In this document: piece after piece, positions 1 through 8,077 of the stretch
Layout: every line of letters begins with the position of its first letter
Numbering within the stretch: position 1 is the first letter of the stretch
From: an uncultured Oscillospiraceae bacterium
Lineage (GTDB): Bacteria; Bacillota; Clostridia; Oscillospirales; Acutalibacteraceae
DNA: 64,000 nt
Reading direction: 5' to 3'
Assembly (NCBI GenBank): GCA_963931525.1
Contig: OZ007023.1
Location: forward strand, 1,878,993-1,942,992
Notes under the pieces: model-generated
The model's input: only the letters and a program-made list of their open reading frames with translations
Told to the model about the DNA's origin: nothing
Database searches by the model: none
Made by a program: the position numbers and the translations under genes

Positions 1-276
1 GTTTTCATCGCCCTCGTCGGCGCACTTAGACCAGTACACACCATTTACGGTATACGGGTCGCTTTCCTGACTCTGAATACTGAAATCTGCAGGCTTGCCT
101 TCTGCCGGCGCGTCTACCTCCAACTCGATTTTGTCAATCATCTGCGGCTCATAGGGGTCGGTTTCTTGGCTCCCCCCAACGAGCGGATCGTCTGCTGCGA
201 ACACCGCCGTCGGCAGTACGCTCAATACCATGCACAGGGAAAGCAGCAACGACGTCAGTTTCTTTTTTGCTTGCAT
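1..276 (-). CDS. Secreted protein, N-terminal part only (gene runs off the left edge)
   Basis: Minus-strand ATG at 274-276 is preceded by GGAGGAGAAACCAA. It translates MQAKKKLTSLLLSLCMVLSVLPTAVFA ADDPLVGG... and stays open to position 1. It is absent from the ORF track because no stop lies in the window. The leader resembles those of the two upstream surface-protein genes. Confidence 0.55.
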   Translation of the reverse strand, partial: MQAKKKLTSLLLSLCMVLSVLPTAVFAADDPLVGGSQETDPYEPQMIDKIELEVDAPAEGKPADFSIQSQESDPYTVNGVYWSKCADEGDEN

Positions 277-351
277 TTGGTTTCTCCTCCTTGTCAAATA
301 AGATTGCTTATCCTGATGAGATACCAAAGGATAGAAGGGATATCCCTTCTT

Positions 352-407
352 GAAAAGGATACCGGCTGCGCCGGGGCGGGCTGTGGGTTTTTGCACGAAG
401 CCCGCCC
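352..407 (-). terminator. Candidate intrinsic terminator after the repeat-protein gene
   Basis: GC hairpin GGGCGGGCT(374-382)/AGCCCGCCC(399-407) plus a small hairpin CCGGC-TGC-GCCGG (362-374). On the minus strand these are followed by ATCCTTTTC. Confidence 0.4.
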
Positions 408-444
408 GCAGGCGCTTTTGCCGGTTTTGTTTTGTCTCTCAGCC

Positions 445-2514
445 TTATTTCCCGGCCGCCGCCTTTTTCCGCCTGTAAAGCAGCATCCCCAGCACGCCGC
501 CGCAGGAGGCCAGCATCAGACCAATCCACAGCGCCATATCGCTGCTGTCCCCGGTCTGGGGGATTTCTGTTTGCTCAGAAGGCTTGCCCTGCTGTTCGGG
601 CTTGGCTGGATCGGTTGGCTCAGTCGAATCGGTTGGCTCTCCGGTTCCCGCTGCAGGGATGGCTTCAGTCTGCACATATGCACAGACCGTACAGGTGCGC
701 TCTCTGGAACCTTCTTCGGTCTCGGTAGCCTCTTTGGTTACTTTCCAATCGCCGTAGGTATGGGTGGCCAGATTCAGCTTTTCACCGCAGGAGCATTCCT
801 GCCAGTGCTGGGTTTTGTCATATTTCCACGTTTCATCATGGATGCCGTGCTCATGCCCGATCTCCGGGATGATTTCAACCTGCACGTATTCGCAGACCGT
901 ACAGCCGCGCTCTCTGGAACCCGCTTCGGTTTCAGTGGCCTCTTTGGTTACTTTCCAATCGCCGTAGATATGGTTTGCCACATTGAGCTTTTCACCGCAG
1001 GAGCATTCCTGCCAGTGCTGGGTTTTGTCATATTTCCACGTTTCATCATGGATGCCGTGCTCATGCCCGATCTCCGGGATGATTTCAACCTGCACATATT
1101 CACAGACCGCACAGCCGCGCTCTCTGGAACCCGCTTCAGTCTCGGTGGCCTCTTTGGTTACTTTCCAATCGCCGTAGGTATGGTTTGCCACATTCAGCCT
1201 TTCGCCGCAGGAGCATTCCTGCCAGTGCTGGGTTTCGTCATATTTCCATGCTTCATCGTGAACATCGTGCGTATGAACCGGCAGCGTCTCTGTCTGCGTA
1301 TATTTGCAGATGGAGCAGGTGCGTTCTCTGGAACCTGTTTCGGTTGTGGTAGGCTCCTTTGTTATCGTCCAATCATCGAAAGTATGGTTGCCCACTTCAG
1401 TTTTCTCGCCGCAGCGGCATTCCTTCCAGTGCTGGGTTTCATCCTTCTGCCAGTCGCCGTAGCTGTGCTCATGTTCAAGCATTGGAATGGTTTCGGTCTG
1501 CACATAGTCGCAGACCGTGCAGTCACGCTCTCTGGAACCAGCCTCGGTTTCGGTAGCCGGCTTCGTCTCTCTCCAATCGCCGTAGATATGGTTTGCCACA
1601 TTCAGCCTTTCGCCGCAGGAGCATTCCTGCCAGTGGTCGGTATCGTCATATTTCCATGCTTCATCATGGATGCTGTGTTCATGAACCGGAATCGTCTCTT
1701 CCTGCGTATATTTGCAGATGGAGCAGGTACGTTCTCTGGAACCTGTTTCGGTTGTGGTAGGCTCCTTTGTTATCGTCCAATCACCGAAAGTATGGTCGGC
1801 TACAGTATCTTGATTAACTTCTTTGCAGTAGTAGCATACCTTCCAGTGTGTAGTCGAACCGCTACTCCAGTCGTCGGTATAGTAATGTTGGTGTTCCCTG
1901 TATCTATCAATCTGCTCATAGCCGCAGGTAAGGCACCGCCTTTCACATACGTCATACTTCGTATTTACATCATAATAGATCAGCTCCCATTCGCCGAAGT
2001 TATGGGGGCTCTTTTCAGATATCTCTCCGCAGCTGCACTCCTTCCAGTGATTGGTACCATCATTCTTCCAGCCGCCGAAGCTGTGTTCATGGGGGGGAGT
2101 AGGCCCCTCTCCGCCGCCGGAGCCTTCAAGTGTAGCCCAGTCACCCCATTCTCCTGGGCTGGTAACGTATTCGTTGGGAAACTCTCCGACAATGATGCAG
2201 CTTCTCGCCCTTATTTCAACTGTGTAATTTTCGCGAGCCTCCGTCATCAGGCTGCCATTAAACAGATGATATCTCTGTACTGTCAAATCGGGACCGTCAA
2301 TTATTGTCTCGCCGAGCTTCAACCGAAGCTCGTATTGATACTGGCCGCCGCCCGAGGGCGCGTCCCACTGTACCATGCTTTTAGGGCTCTCTGCCCATCG
2401 TATGTTTTGGGGCATACCTGCGCCTGCCGCAAACACTGTCGCCGGCAGTATTCCTACCACCATGCATAAGGACAGCAGCAGCGCCAGCAAACTCTTTTTT
2501 CGAAACATCTTCAT
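445..2514 (-). CDS. Sortase-anchored cell-surface protein with an FN3-like N-terminal domain and seven Cys/His-rich repeats
   Basis: 689-aa ORF with RBS GGAGAAA upstream. Signal peptide is MKMFRKKSLLALLLSLCMVVGILPATVFA. There are seven repeats of about 66-70 aa with the pattern HEH..W...HW.EC.CG....NH.[FY]GDW...TE.GSRER.C..C.Y. The C-terminus is IPQTG + hydrophobic helix + RRKK tail. Confidence 0.85.
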   Translation of the reverse strand: MKMFRKKSLLALLLSLCMVVGILPATVFAAGAGMPQNIRWAESPKSMVQWDAPSGGGQYQYELRLKLGETIIDGPDLTVQRYHLFNGSLMTEARENYTVEIRARSCIIVGEFPNEYVTSPGEWGDWATLEGSGGGEGPTPPHEHSFGGWKNDGTNHWKECSCGEISEKSPHNFGEWELIYYDVNTKYDVCERRCLTCGYEQIDRYREHQHYYTDDWSSGSTTHWKVCYYCKEVNQDTVADHTFGDWTITKEPTTTETGSRERTCSICKYTQEETIPVHEHSIHDEAWKYDDTDHWQECSCGERLNVANHIYGDWRETKPATETEAGSRERDCTVCDYVQTETIPMLEHEHSYGDWQKDETQHWKECRCGEKTEVGNHTFDDWTITKEPTTTETGSRERTCSICKYTQTETLPVHTHDVHDEAWKYDETQHWQECSCGERLNVANHTYGDWKVTKEATETEAGSRERGCAVCEYVQVEIIPEIGHEHGIHDETWKYDKTQHWQECSCGEKLNVANHIYGDWKVTKEATETEAGSRERGCTVCEYVQVEIIPEIGHEHGIHDETWKYDKTQHWQECSCGEKLNLATHTYGDWKVTKEATETEEGSRERTCTVCAYVQTEAIPAAGTGEPTDSTEPTDPAKPEQQGKPSEQTEIPQTGDSSDMALWIGLMLASCGGVLGMLLYRRKKAAAGK
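655..2097 (-). repeat. Seven in-frame tandem coding repeats of about 204-210 bp
   Basis: The string ttc(a/g)ccgcaggagcattcctgccagtg recurs at 781, 991 and 1201 (period 210 bp). It recurs in diverged form near 1406, 1609, 1822 and 2025. The three copies nearest the C-terminus are nearly identical. Confidence 0.85.
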
Positions 2515-2534
2515 TTTCTCCTTTACAAGTAGAA

Positions 2535-3803
2535 TCAGTTTTTGGTATTTCCGCCGTCCGGTTCGGATGGATCCTTTCCTCCGGCTGGCGGGTTATCCTG
2601 TGCCTTCCGCTTTTTCCTGTATAAGAATACAAGCAGCAGCGCCAGCAGGACAGCCGCCGGTATCGCGGCCAACAGAACAATGTAGACGGCGTTTCCATCC
2701 TTTTCGTCTCCCGGCAACGGGTCGGGTTGGATGATTGCAGAAACGGAGAAGGGGGTATCGGAACCGAGTACGGCATACCGGCCCGGGCCGCCGGCTTCAA
2801 AGACCAGGCTGCCGTCTTCGGCCTTTGCCTCTATGCGCTCCGGCTCGCCGTCCACCCGCACCGCCTGGTAATGGGCGTAGCCCTCCAGATGGCTGTTCAT
2901 CGGGATGCGCACCGTCATGGCGCTGTCTTTGATTTCCACCGGCTCCCCGTTCTGGCGGATGCTGATCTCATACACCGACAGCAGGCCGTCCAGTTCTTCT
3001 TTCAGCTCCGGCTTCTCTTCAAGCAGGCTCTCCGCCTCCATGACGCCGGCGTACAGCTCCACACCCTCCGGAACCGCTTCGGACAGGGAGACGGAAACGC
3101 CGGTATTTTCATCGGTCAGTTCCGCGATGCCTTCGCCGCCGGAATCCTGCCCGTTATCCGTGGTTTCCCCGGTGGCTGACGTCTGCGCGGCGTCCCTTGT
3201 CTCGGCGTAGCCGCAGACGGTGCAGGTGCGGCTCTCTGTATTGCCATCCGCCGTCCATGCGCCGAAGCTGTGATCCGCCGCATCCTTTTTGTCGCCGCAG
3301 GAACACGCCTGCCAGTGCTGTGCCGCGTCGTGCTTTTGGGTATAGCTGTGCTCATGGGGCGGTTCGGCTTCTCCGCCGCCCGACCCCGCCTTGGTCGCCC
3401 AGGGGCCCCATTCGCCGACGTCCGCCACCATATACTGGCCGTCCGGGTCGCCCACGATCATGATCCATCTGGCACGCACCCGTATGGTGTACTCTTCCTG
3501 CGGCCGCGTCACCACGTCGTTTGTGAAAAACAAATAGGTGTCGATTTCCACTGCCTTGGACTCGACCACATCGTCGCCCAGCAGCAGCTGCGCCTCGTAT
3601 TCAAAGCTGTCGCCGGAGGCCGCTCCCGCCGGCCGATCCCACTGCACCTGGTTTTGGTAGCCCGACCAGCTGGGATTTCCCGGCACATATTCCCCCGCCG
3701 CCGAAACGGACAGGGGAAGGGCCGCGATCATCAGGCATACCGCCAGCAGCATACTGAAAAGCCGTGCGCCTTTTTGCCGCCCCGGCGGTTTTTCCCTGCG
3801 CAT
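2535..3803 (-). CDS. Membrane-anchored surface protein, paralogue of 445..2514, with one Cys/His repeat
   Basis: The same FN3-like N-terminal domain (QVQWD.P...Y....L, EY T[IV] R[VA]RA) and one HEHSY...HWQACSCG...HSFGAW...RTCTVCGY repeat. C-terminal TM helix followed by YRKKRK. Start trimmed to MRREKPPG (3803) because the longer ORF would overlap the upstream gene. Confidence 0.8.
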   Translation of the reverse strand: MRREKPPGRQKGARLFSMLLAVCLMIAALPLSVSAAGEYVPGNPSWSGYQNQVQWDRPAGAASGDSFEYEAQLLLGDDVVESKAVEIDTYLFFTNDVVTRPQEEYTIRVRARWIMIVGDPDGQYMVADVGEWGPWATKAGSGGGEAEPPHEHSYTQKHDAAQHWQACSCGDKKDAADHSFGAWTADGNTESRTCTVCGYAETRDAAQTSATGETTDNGQDSGGEGIAELTDENTGVSVSLSEAVPEGVELYAGVMEAESLLEEKPELKEELDGLLSVYEISIRQNGEPVEIKDSAMTVRIPMNSHLEGYAHYQAVRVDGEPERIEAKAEDGSLVFEAGGPGRYAVLGSDTPFSVSAIIQPDPLPGDEKDGNAVYIVLLAAIPAAVLLALLLVFLYRKKRKAQDNPPAGGKDPSEPDGGNTKN

Positions 3804-3819
3804 ACGCAATCTCCTCCCT

Positions 3820-4437
3820 TTATCGCACCGGAGCGCCCTGCGGGGAAAGCGGCGTTCCGCATGCTCCGCAGAAGCGGCTTCCGGGCGGTATCTCCGCCCC
3901 GCACTGGGGGCATTTGTTTTCCAGCTTCGCCCCGCAGTTGTTGCAGAATTTGGCGCCGGCCGCACACTGGGTTTTGCAGGCGGGGCAAACCACCATACCC
4001 GCGTTCAGTTCCGCCCCGGCGTTTCGCACCACCACCGAGCGGCCGCCGGAGACGATGCACTGCTCAATCACCTGGAAAATCTCTTCCGGCAGCTTTTTCT
4101 GCTTGTAGGCGCCCACACCGGCAGTCACCGCCAGCGGCCATGCGATAAACCATCCCAGCGCGCCGGCGCCGATCTTATCCGACCATTCGCCCTGACCCAC
4201 GGTGACGTTTAAGTTGTCATCCATTCGGATCATCTGCACCGTCGTAGCCATCCTCATGCCGGCAATGGTCTTCCAGCCGTCTTTTTCCTGACGGCCCTGC
4301 ACCACATAGCCTTCTGTGGTTTCGGCGCTCTGTACCTCCATCCCTTTGGCGGAGGACAGGAACGACGATACGGCGTTCGCCACTACCTGGGTACTCATAC
4401 CGGCGGGCAGCCGGAATACTCTCGATTCATTTGCCAT
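3820..4437 (-). CDS. Membrane protein with a C-terminal double zinc ribbon
   Basis: 205 aa with RBS TGGAGGG. Central hydrophobic segment GALGWFIAWPLAVTAGVGAY. The C-terminus is CPACKTQC..KFCNNCG...CPQCG...RFCGACG. Confidence 0.75.
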   Translation of the reverse strand: MANESRVFRLPAGMSTQVVANAVSSFLSSAKGMEVQSAETTEGYVVQGRQEKDGWKTIAGMRMATTVQMIRMDDNLNVTVGQGEWSDKIGAGALGWFIAWPLAVTAGVGAYKQKKLPEEIFQVIEQCIVSGGRSVVVRNAGAELNAGMVVCPACKTQCAAGAKFCNNCGAKLENKCPQCGAEIPPGSRFCGACGTPLSPQGAPVR

Positions 4438-4472
4438 AGATATCCCTCCAGATATTCAGATTCATTGTCTGT

Positions 4473-4667
4473 TTATTCGCTCTGCCGGGAGAGCGGCGCC
4501 CCGCATTCCGGACAGAATTTCACGCCCGGGGCAGCGGACGCGCCGCACGAGGGGCATACCGTACCGTCAGGCGCGGCCGGAGTTTGTGCAGCAGTCTGCG
4601 CAGCCTTGGCCGCTTCCGCTTCCGCACGGATCCGGCCGATTTCCGCCTGTGCCTGCGCCGCTGTTCC
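4473..4667 (-). other. Zinc-ribbon reading frame with no start codon, continuing in frame after the TAG of 4668..5012
   Basis: 64 sense codons follow directly after TAG (4668-4670) in the same frame: GTAAQAQAEIGRIRAEAEAAKAAQTAAQTPAAPDGTVCPSCGASAAPGVKFCPECGAPLSRQSE, ending at TAA (4473-4475). There is no in-frame ATG, GTG or TTG that would give a sensible start. Confidence 0.6.
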
Positions 4668-5012
4668 CTATACGGCATAATGCCGGTCCGGCACGAAACA
4701 GCGGCGGTTGATCATCAGCTCGTTCTCAAGGTACTGGGCAACCTTATCGGCTACGGCGGTCACCGCCCGTTCCTCTCCCTGGGCCGACAGGCCGGGACAG
4801 GGTTCACGCATGGAAACCGTCAGTCCGGTCCCCACATCCTGTATCTCTGTCGAAAGGCTGAAGGTGCTGACGTTCCCGTAAACCGAAAGCCGGGCGACCA
4901 CCGCGCCGCTTTCCTCTTTCCGGTATTCCGCCCCCTCCGCGTCCAGCACGTCGTAAACGGCCATCTGCACATACCGCCGGACATAGGGAAGGAGCCTTTT
5001 CACCTGACGCAT
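4668..5012 (-). CDS. Small cytoplasmic protein of unknown function (paralogue A)
   Basis: Start MRQVKRLLPYVRRYV sits behind AAGGAGGGAAACGGA. It is alignable by eye to 7331..7657 (LPYVR.[YF]V....Y.VL..EG, TGLTVS[ML]R.PC.G). Confidence 0.7.
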   Translation of the reverse strand: MRQVKRLLPYVRRYVQMAVYDVLDAEGAEYRKEESGAVVARLSVYGNVSTFSLSTEIQDVGTGLTVSMREPCPGLSAQGEERAVTAVADKVAQYLENELMINRRCFVPDRHYAV

Positions 5013-5064
5013 TCCGTTTCCCTCCTTGTCATGTATTCCTTGTTTGCGGTTTTCCGCCGCTTCC

Positions 5065-6201
5065 CTATTCGATGTAACCGCTGATGGGCTCTGCATACAT
5101 TTTGTTTTCAGTCACCGGCTTGTAGCGGTCACTGCCGGTGCTTTCATACCATCCGGCCTCCGCCCGGTAGATTTCGCCGGTCTGCGTGTCGTACACGCGC
5201 TCGTAGCCGCCGGTTTCGTCGCTCTGCATCTGGCTGGTGATGTCCTGCTCGACGTTCCGGTCCTCCCAGGCCGCCATGATGATTTCCAGCCTCTCGTTGG
5301 TGATGCGGCTGATTTCCTTTGACATCGCCACCTTTTCTTCACCGGCCTGCTCAGTGGCTTTTACGAAACTCTCAGAATAGGCGAGCGTTCCAAGGCATTT
5401 GGTGAGGACGCTCTCCCATTCGATGAAGGTATCCTTCGCGGCGGTGACCGCCATGACGTTGTATGCCATGTAGTAGCCGCCGTCCGCCCGGGGGATGATA
5501 TATCCTACCGGCAGTCCTGCGGCAATATCAACGCTTCCGAAGTCCACCACCGACGCGGCGAACATCCCCTCGCCTTCCTTGCCGTTTTCGGTAAAGGACG
5601 CCCGCAGCGTCTCTTCTCCCAGAGCATACGAGGACAGGAGGCTGGCCGAGGCAAAGCGGTCGGTCACGGCAAAGCCGTCAAACCGGGGGAAGGTATAGCC
5701 GGCATAGCTCGGCTCCCACTGCTCTACAAACGCCGCGTATTCCGAAAACAGCTTGAAAAAGTTTTCGGTGGAGGGGGTTGTCAGCACCGGCGCCTGGGAA
5801 AGCATCTGCGCCCATGTGTTCCCCATGGTGACGTTATACGCATAGGCGTCCTTTCCCTCCTGGCTGTGCAGCAGGCCCTCCGCCTTCAGCAGGACAAACA
5901 TCTGGTTGAGGGGCTGGCTGGGATCCTGCACCCGGATGGAATGGTACATGGCCGTACCGCCGCTGGTGACTGTCCAGCCCTTGGGGATCTGCAGGCTGAA
6001 ATCCGCCGTTTCATACAGCTCGGTTTCGATGGACCTGGCCGCTGTCTCAGTGATTTTTACGTCGTTTTCTTCTTTCGTGATGGTCCCGTCGCTGTTGACG
6101 ACAGGCTCCTTTCCGCCCGGCTGCCCCTGCCCGGCGCAACCGGCGAGGGAGAGCGCCAGCGCCGCCGCCAGCAGCAGGGATAATACGCTTTTCTTTTTCA
6201 T
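5065..6201 (-). CDS. Lipoprotein of unknown function
   Basis: 378 aa. Leader MKKKSVLSLLLAAALALSLAGC contains a lipobox (LAGC). I recognised no catalytic motif. Confidence 0.85.
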   Translation of the reverse strand: MKKKSVLSLLLAAALALSLAGCAGQGQPGGKEPVVNSDGTITKEENDVKITETAARSIETELYETADFSLQIPKGWTVTSGGTAMYHSIRVQDPSQPLNQMFVLLKAEGLLHSQEGKDAYAYNVTMGNTWAQMLSQAPVLTTPSTENFFKLFSEYAAFVEQWEPSYAGYTFPRFDGFAVTDRFASASLLSSYALGEETLRASFTENGKEGEGMFAASVVDFGSVDIAAGLPVGYIIPRADGGYYMAYNVMAVTAAKDTFIEWESVLTKCLGTLAYSESFVKATEQAGEEKVAMSKEISRITNERLEIIMAAWEDRNVEQDITSQMQSDETGGYERVYDTQTGEIYRAEAGWYESTGSDRYKPVTENKMYAEPISGYIE

Positions 6202-6234
6202 AGCAGAATGCCTCCTGATCGATTTTTATTAATT

Positions 6235-7296
6235 TCAATAGCCATCCAGAGCGAGGAGCTTCTCCATCACATCCGGCGGGTATGCGATGTAGCCCGATTC
6301 ATAGTCCTCGCCTATCGCCTCCGTGGCGGGGAGAAGCTTGTAGTCCGCCGTGATGATATAATCATGGGCGATGGTGAGCACGTCGCTGTAATACCGGCTC
6401 AGCAGCTCCAGCTTTACAAGCCGGTAGCGGTTGCCGCCGCCGAATTTTGGGAGATAGGCGGCGGGGGTGCCGTCGGCGTTGGTGGTCTTTTCCTCATAGC
6501 TCAGATCATTCTCGGAGATATCGTCGTACATGATCTGGTAAAACGCCTGATCGGTCGCCAGGATGTTCCCATTTAAGATGGCAACCGCTTTTTCTCCGTC
6601 CCCCACGGCCTCGTCCGCCACCTCGTAAACAATATAGCCGTCCTCACCGTCGTCAAAATAGTACCCGTCAGATGGGATTTTCCGTTCTGCCGCCGCCTCC
6701 AGCTTCCCGTCTGCGATCAGCAGATAGCTGCCTCCGACGTGCACAATCCGCTGGGCTCTGTCCCGCAGCCCGACGTCCTCGTCGCAGGTCAGTATGAGCG
6801 GTATTTTGGAATAGCTCTGGGTGTTGGACAGCATTTTACATACCTGCTGCCGGCTTTTCAGGTTGGGACGGCTGTATATCAGGCCGCCCACCGGCATATC
6901 AACAAGCGCCTGCCGTGTGGTTTCTCCGGCCGCTGTTACACCGGAAACGCCGGTGAGCAGTTCCGGGCTGAGAACCAGCATCTGGCATATCTTACCGCGC
7001 AGAGACATCCCTGCCAAAATATCGTCTATACTGCTCCAGGCGACAGAGGGCCTGCCGCTCTCCGGCGGCTTGCTCTGACTTTCAGGAACGCTTGACGACG
7101 GGGCGGACGGTTCGTACGCACTCTCCGCCATCTGAGATGGAGCCTGTGTCTCAGACGTTTCCTGCGACGCCGGTATGCCGGATTCCTGGGAAACAGAACT
7201 GCCCGAAGAAGTGCTGGGATTTGCACACCCGCCGGATATGGCGATGAAAGCGCAGCACAAGGCGGCGAGCATTCTCTTCCATTTTATCCCCGTCAT
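6235..7296 (-). CDS. Lipoprotein with a short GH3 (NagZ-like) N-terminal segment fused to an unrelated C-terminal region
   Basis: Lipobox AISGGC followed by a Ser/Pro-rich linker. The segment LRGKICQMLVL...VGGLIYSRPNL...Q....L......IPLILTCDEDVG resembles the first beta/alpha units of GH3. The DQEGG position reads DEDVG, and the rest of the GH3 fold is absent. Confidence 0.75.
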   Translation of the reverse strand: MTGIKWKRMLAALCCAFIAISGGCANPSTSSGSSVSQESGIPASQETSETQAPSQMAESAYEPSAPSSSVPESQSKPPESGRPSVAWSSIDDILAGMSLRGKICQMLVLSPELLTGVSGVTAAGETTRQALVDMPVGGLIYSRPNLKSRQQVCKMLSNTQSYSKIPLILTCDEDVGLRDRAQRIVHVGGSYLLIADGKLEAAAERKIPSDGYYFDDGEDGYIVYEVADEAVGDGEKAVAILNGNILATDQAFYQIMYDDISENDLSYEEKTTNADGTPAAYLPKFGGGNRYRLVKLELLSRYYSDVLTIAHDYIITADYKLLPATEAIGEDYESGYIAYPPDVMEKLLALDGY

Positions 7297-7330
7297 TTCT
7301 CACACCTCCTGTCCCCTGAAGCGGCGTTTT

Positions 7331-7657
7331 TTAAGCGTCTTCCTCCCCTTTCGTCATCAGGGTATTTTCCAAATGCCGGACGATCTGGTCCAGCATCTCC
7401 TGCAGAAGCCGGTACGCTCTCTGCTCCGGTATCCCGTCGCAGGGGCGGCGCAGCGAAACCGTCAGTTCGGTTCCAAACGCTTTTTCCTCCGCCGTTATGG
7501 AAAGGGAGACGTCTGTTCCGTCCTCTCTCCATTCGGCAATAACCCTTCCCGGCTCTTCCTCCCCAAAAGTAATCCCTTCCTGCCGCAGCACGCCGTACAC
7601 CGAGCGCAGGACAAAGGAGCGCACATAGGGAAGTTCTCTTTGAACGTATTCCATCAT
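7331..7657 (-). CDS. Small cytoplasmic protein of unknown function (paralogue B)
   Basis: 108 aa with RBS AGGAGGAGAA. It is a paralogue of 4668..5012 and has no zinc-ribbon tail. Confidence 0.75.
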   Translation of the reverse strand: MMEYVQRELPYVRSFVLRSVYGVLRQEGITFGEEEPGRVIAEWREDGTDVSLSITAEEKAFGTELTVSLRRPCDGIPEQRAYRLLQEMLDQIVRHLENTLMTKGEEDA

Positions 7658-7783
7658 TTCTTCTCCTCCTGAATTTTTGGGGAACCGCGGCAGACGCCGG
7701 GAAGTGGATTCTTACGCCCTCATTTTAGGTGAAAAGAGGCCGGATTGTCTATGCGTAAATCCCGCCAATCGTATCAAAACAGG

Positions 7784-7832
7784 TGGCGGTGAACCGCCAT
7801 TTTTCAAAAAACCGATGGCGGTCAACCGCCAT
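7784..7832. promoter_or_regulatory. Two related GC-rich inverted repeats, either operator candidates or tandem hairpin terminators
   Basis: TGGCGGT-ga-ACCGCCA (7784-7799) and ATGGCGGT-ca-ACCGCCAT (7815-7832), with centres about 32 bp apart. Both are flanked by T/A runs. They lie in the 420-bp gap between the LuxR-type gene and the downstream operon. Confidence 0.4.
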
Positions 7833-8020
7833 TTGTGCATATTATATAAATCAAAGCAACTATTTTGAGGCTTTATATATGCACAACTTCTAATCGTTCC
7901 AAATAGGGGTTGAGGTGTACTTTTCGTTCCTGATTTTTCCTTTCCCGGATGCCGAATGGCGTAAATTTCATTTTTCAAGTGGGGAAAACGATGTTTTTTA
8001 TCAGGACAATTCGTTACCGC

Positions 8021-8062
8021 ACACAAAAACACCCTGCCTCTCCTGAGAGAAAGCAGGGTGTT
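8021..8062 (-). terminator. Intrinsic terminator after the LuxR-type gene
   Basis: Stem AACACCCTGC (8028-8037)/GCAGGGTGTT (8053-8062), followed by TTTTTGTG on the minus strand. Confidence 0.6.
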
Positions 8063-8077
8063 CTTTTATCCTGTATG

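Noticed and set aside
655-2097. A regularly spaced array with a period of about 204-210 bp, considered as a CRISPR array or satellite.
   Set aside because: The period is far too long, there are no unique spacers, and the array is in frame within a long ORF and translates into a coherent protein repeat.
166-2469. 767-aa plus-strand ORF covering the repeat-protein gene.
   Set aside because: It is antisense to a gene with a signal peptide, RBS, repeats and sorting signal. Its translation is low-complexity and repeat-echoing, which is typical of shadow ORFs in GC-rich DNA.
4668-4670. The TAG codon considered as a pyrrolysine codon.
   Set aside because: There are no pyl genes or methylamine methyltransferase genes in the window, and nothing in the sequence supports Pyl decoding. 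Read-through or a nonsense mutation remain the open options.
7712-8032. 106-aa minus-strand ORF inside the large intergenic region.
   Set aside because: It has no RBS, an odd composition, and spans the palindromes and the terminator. It is more likely non-coding regulatory DNA.
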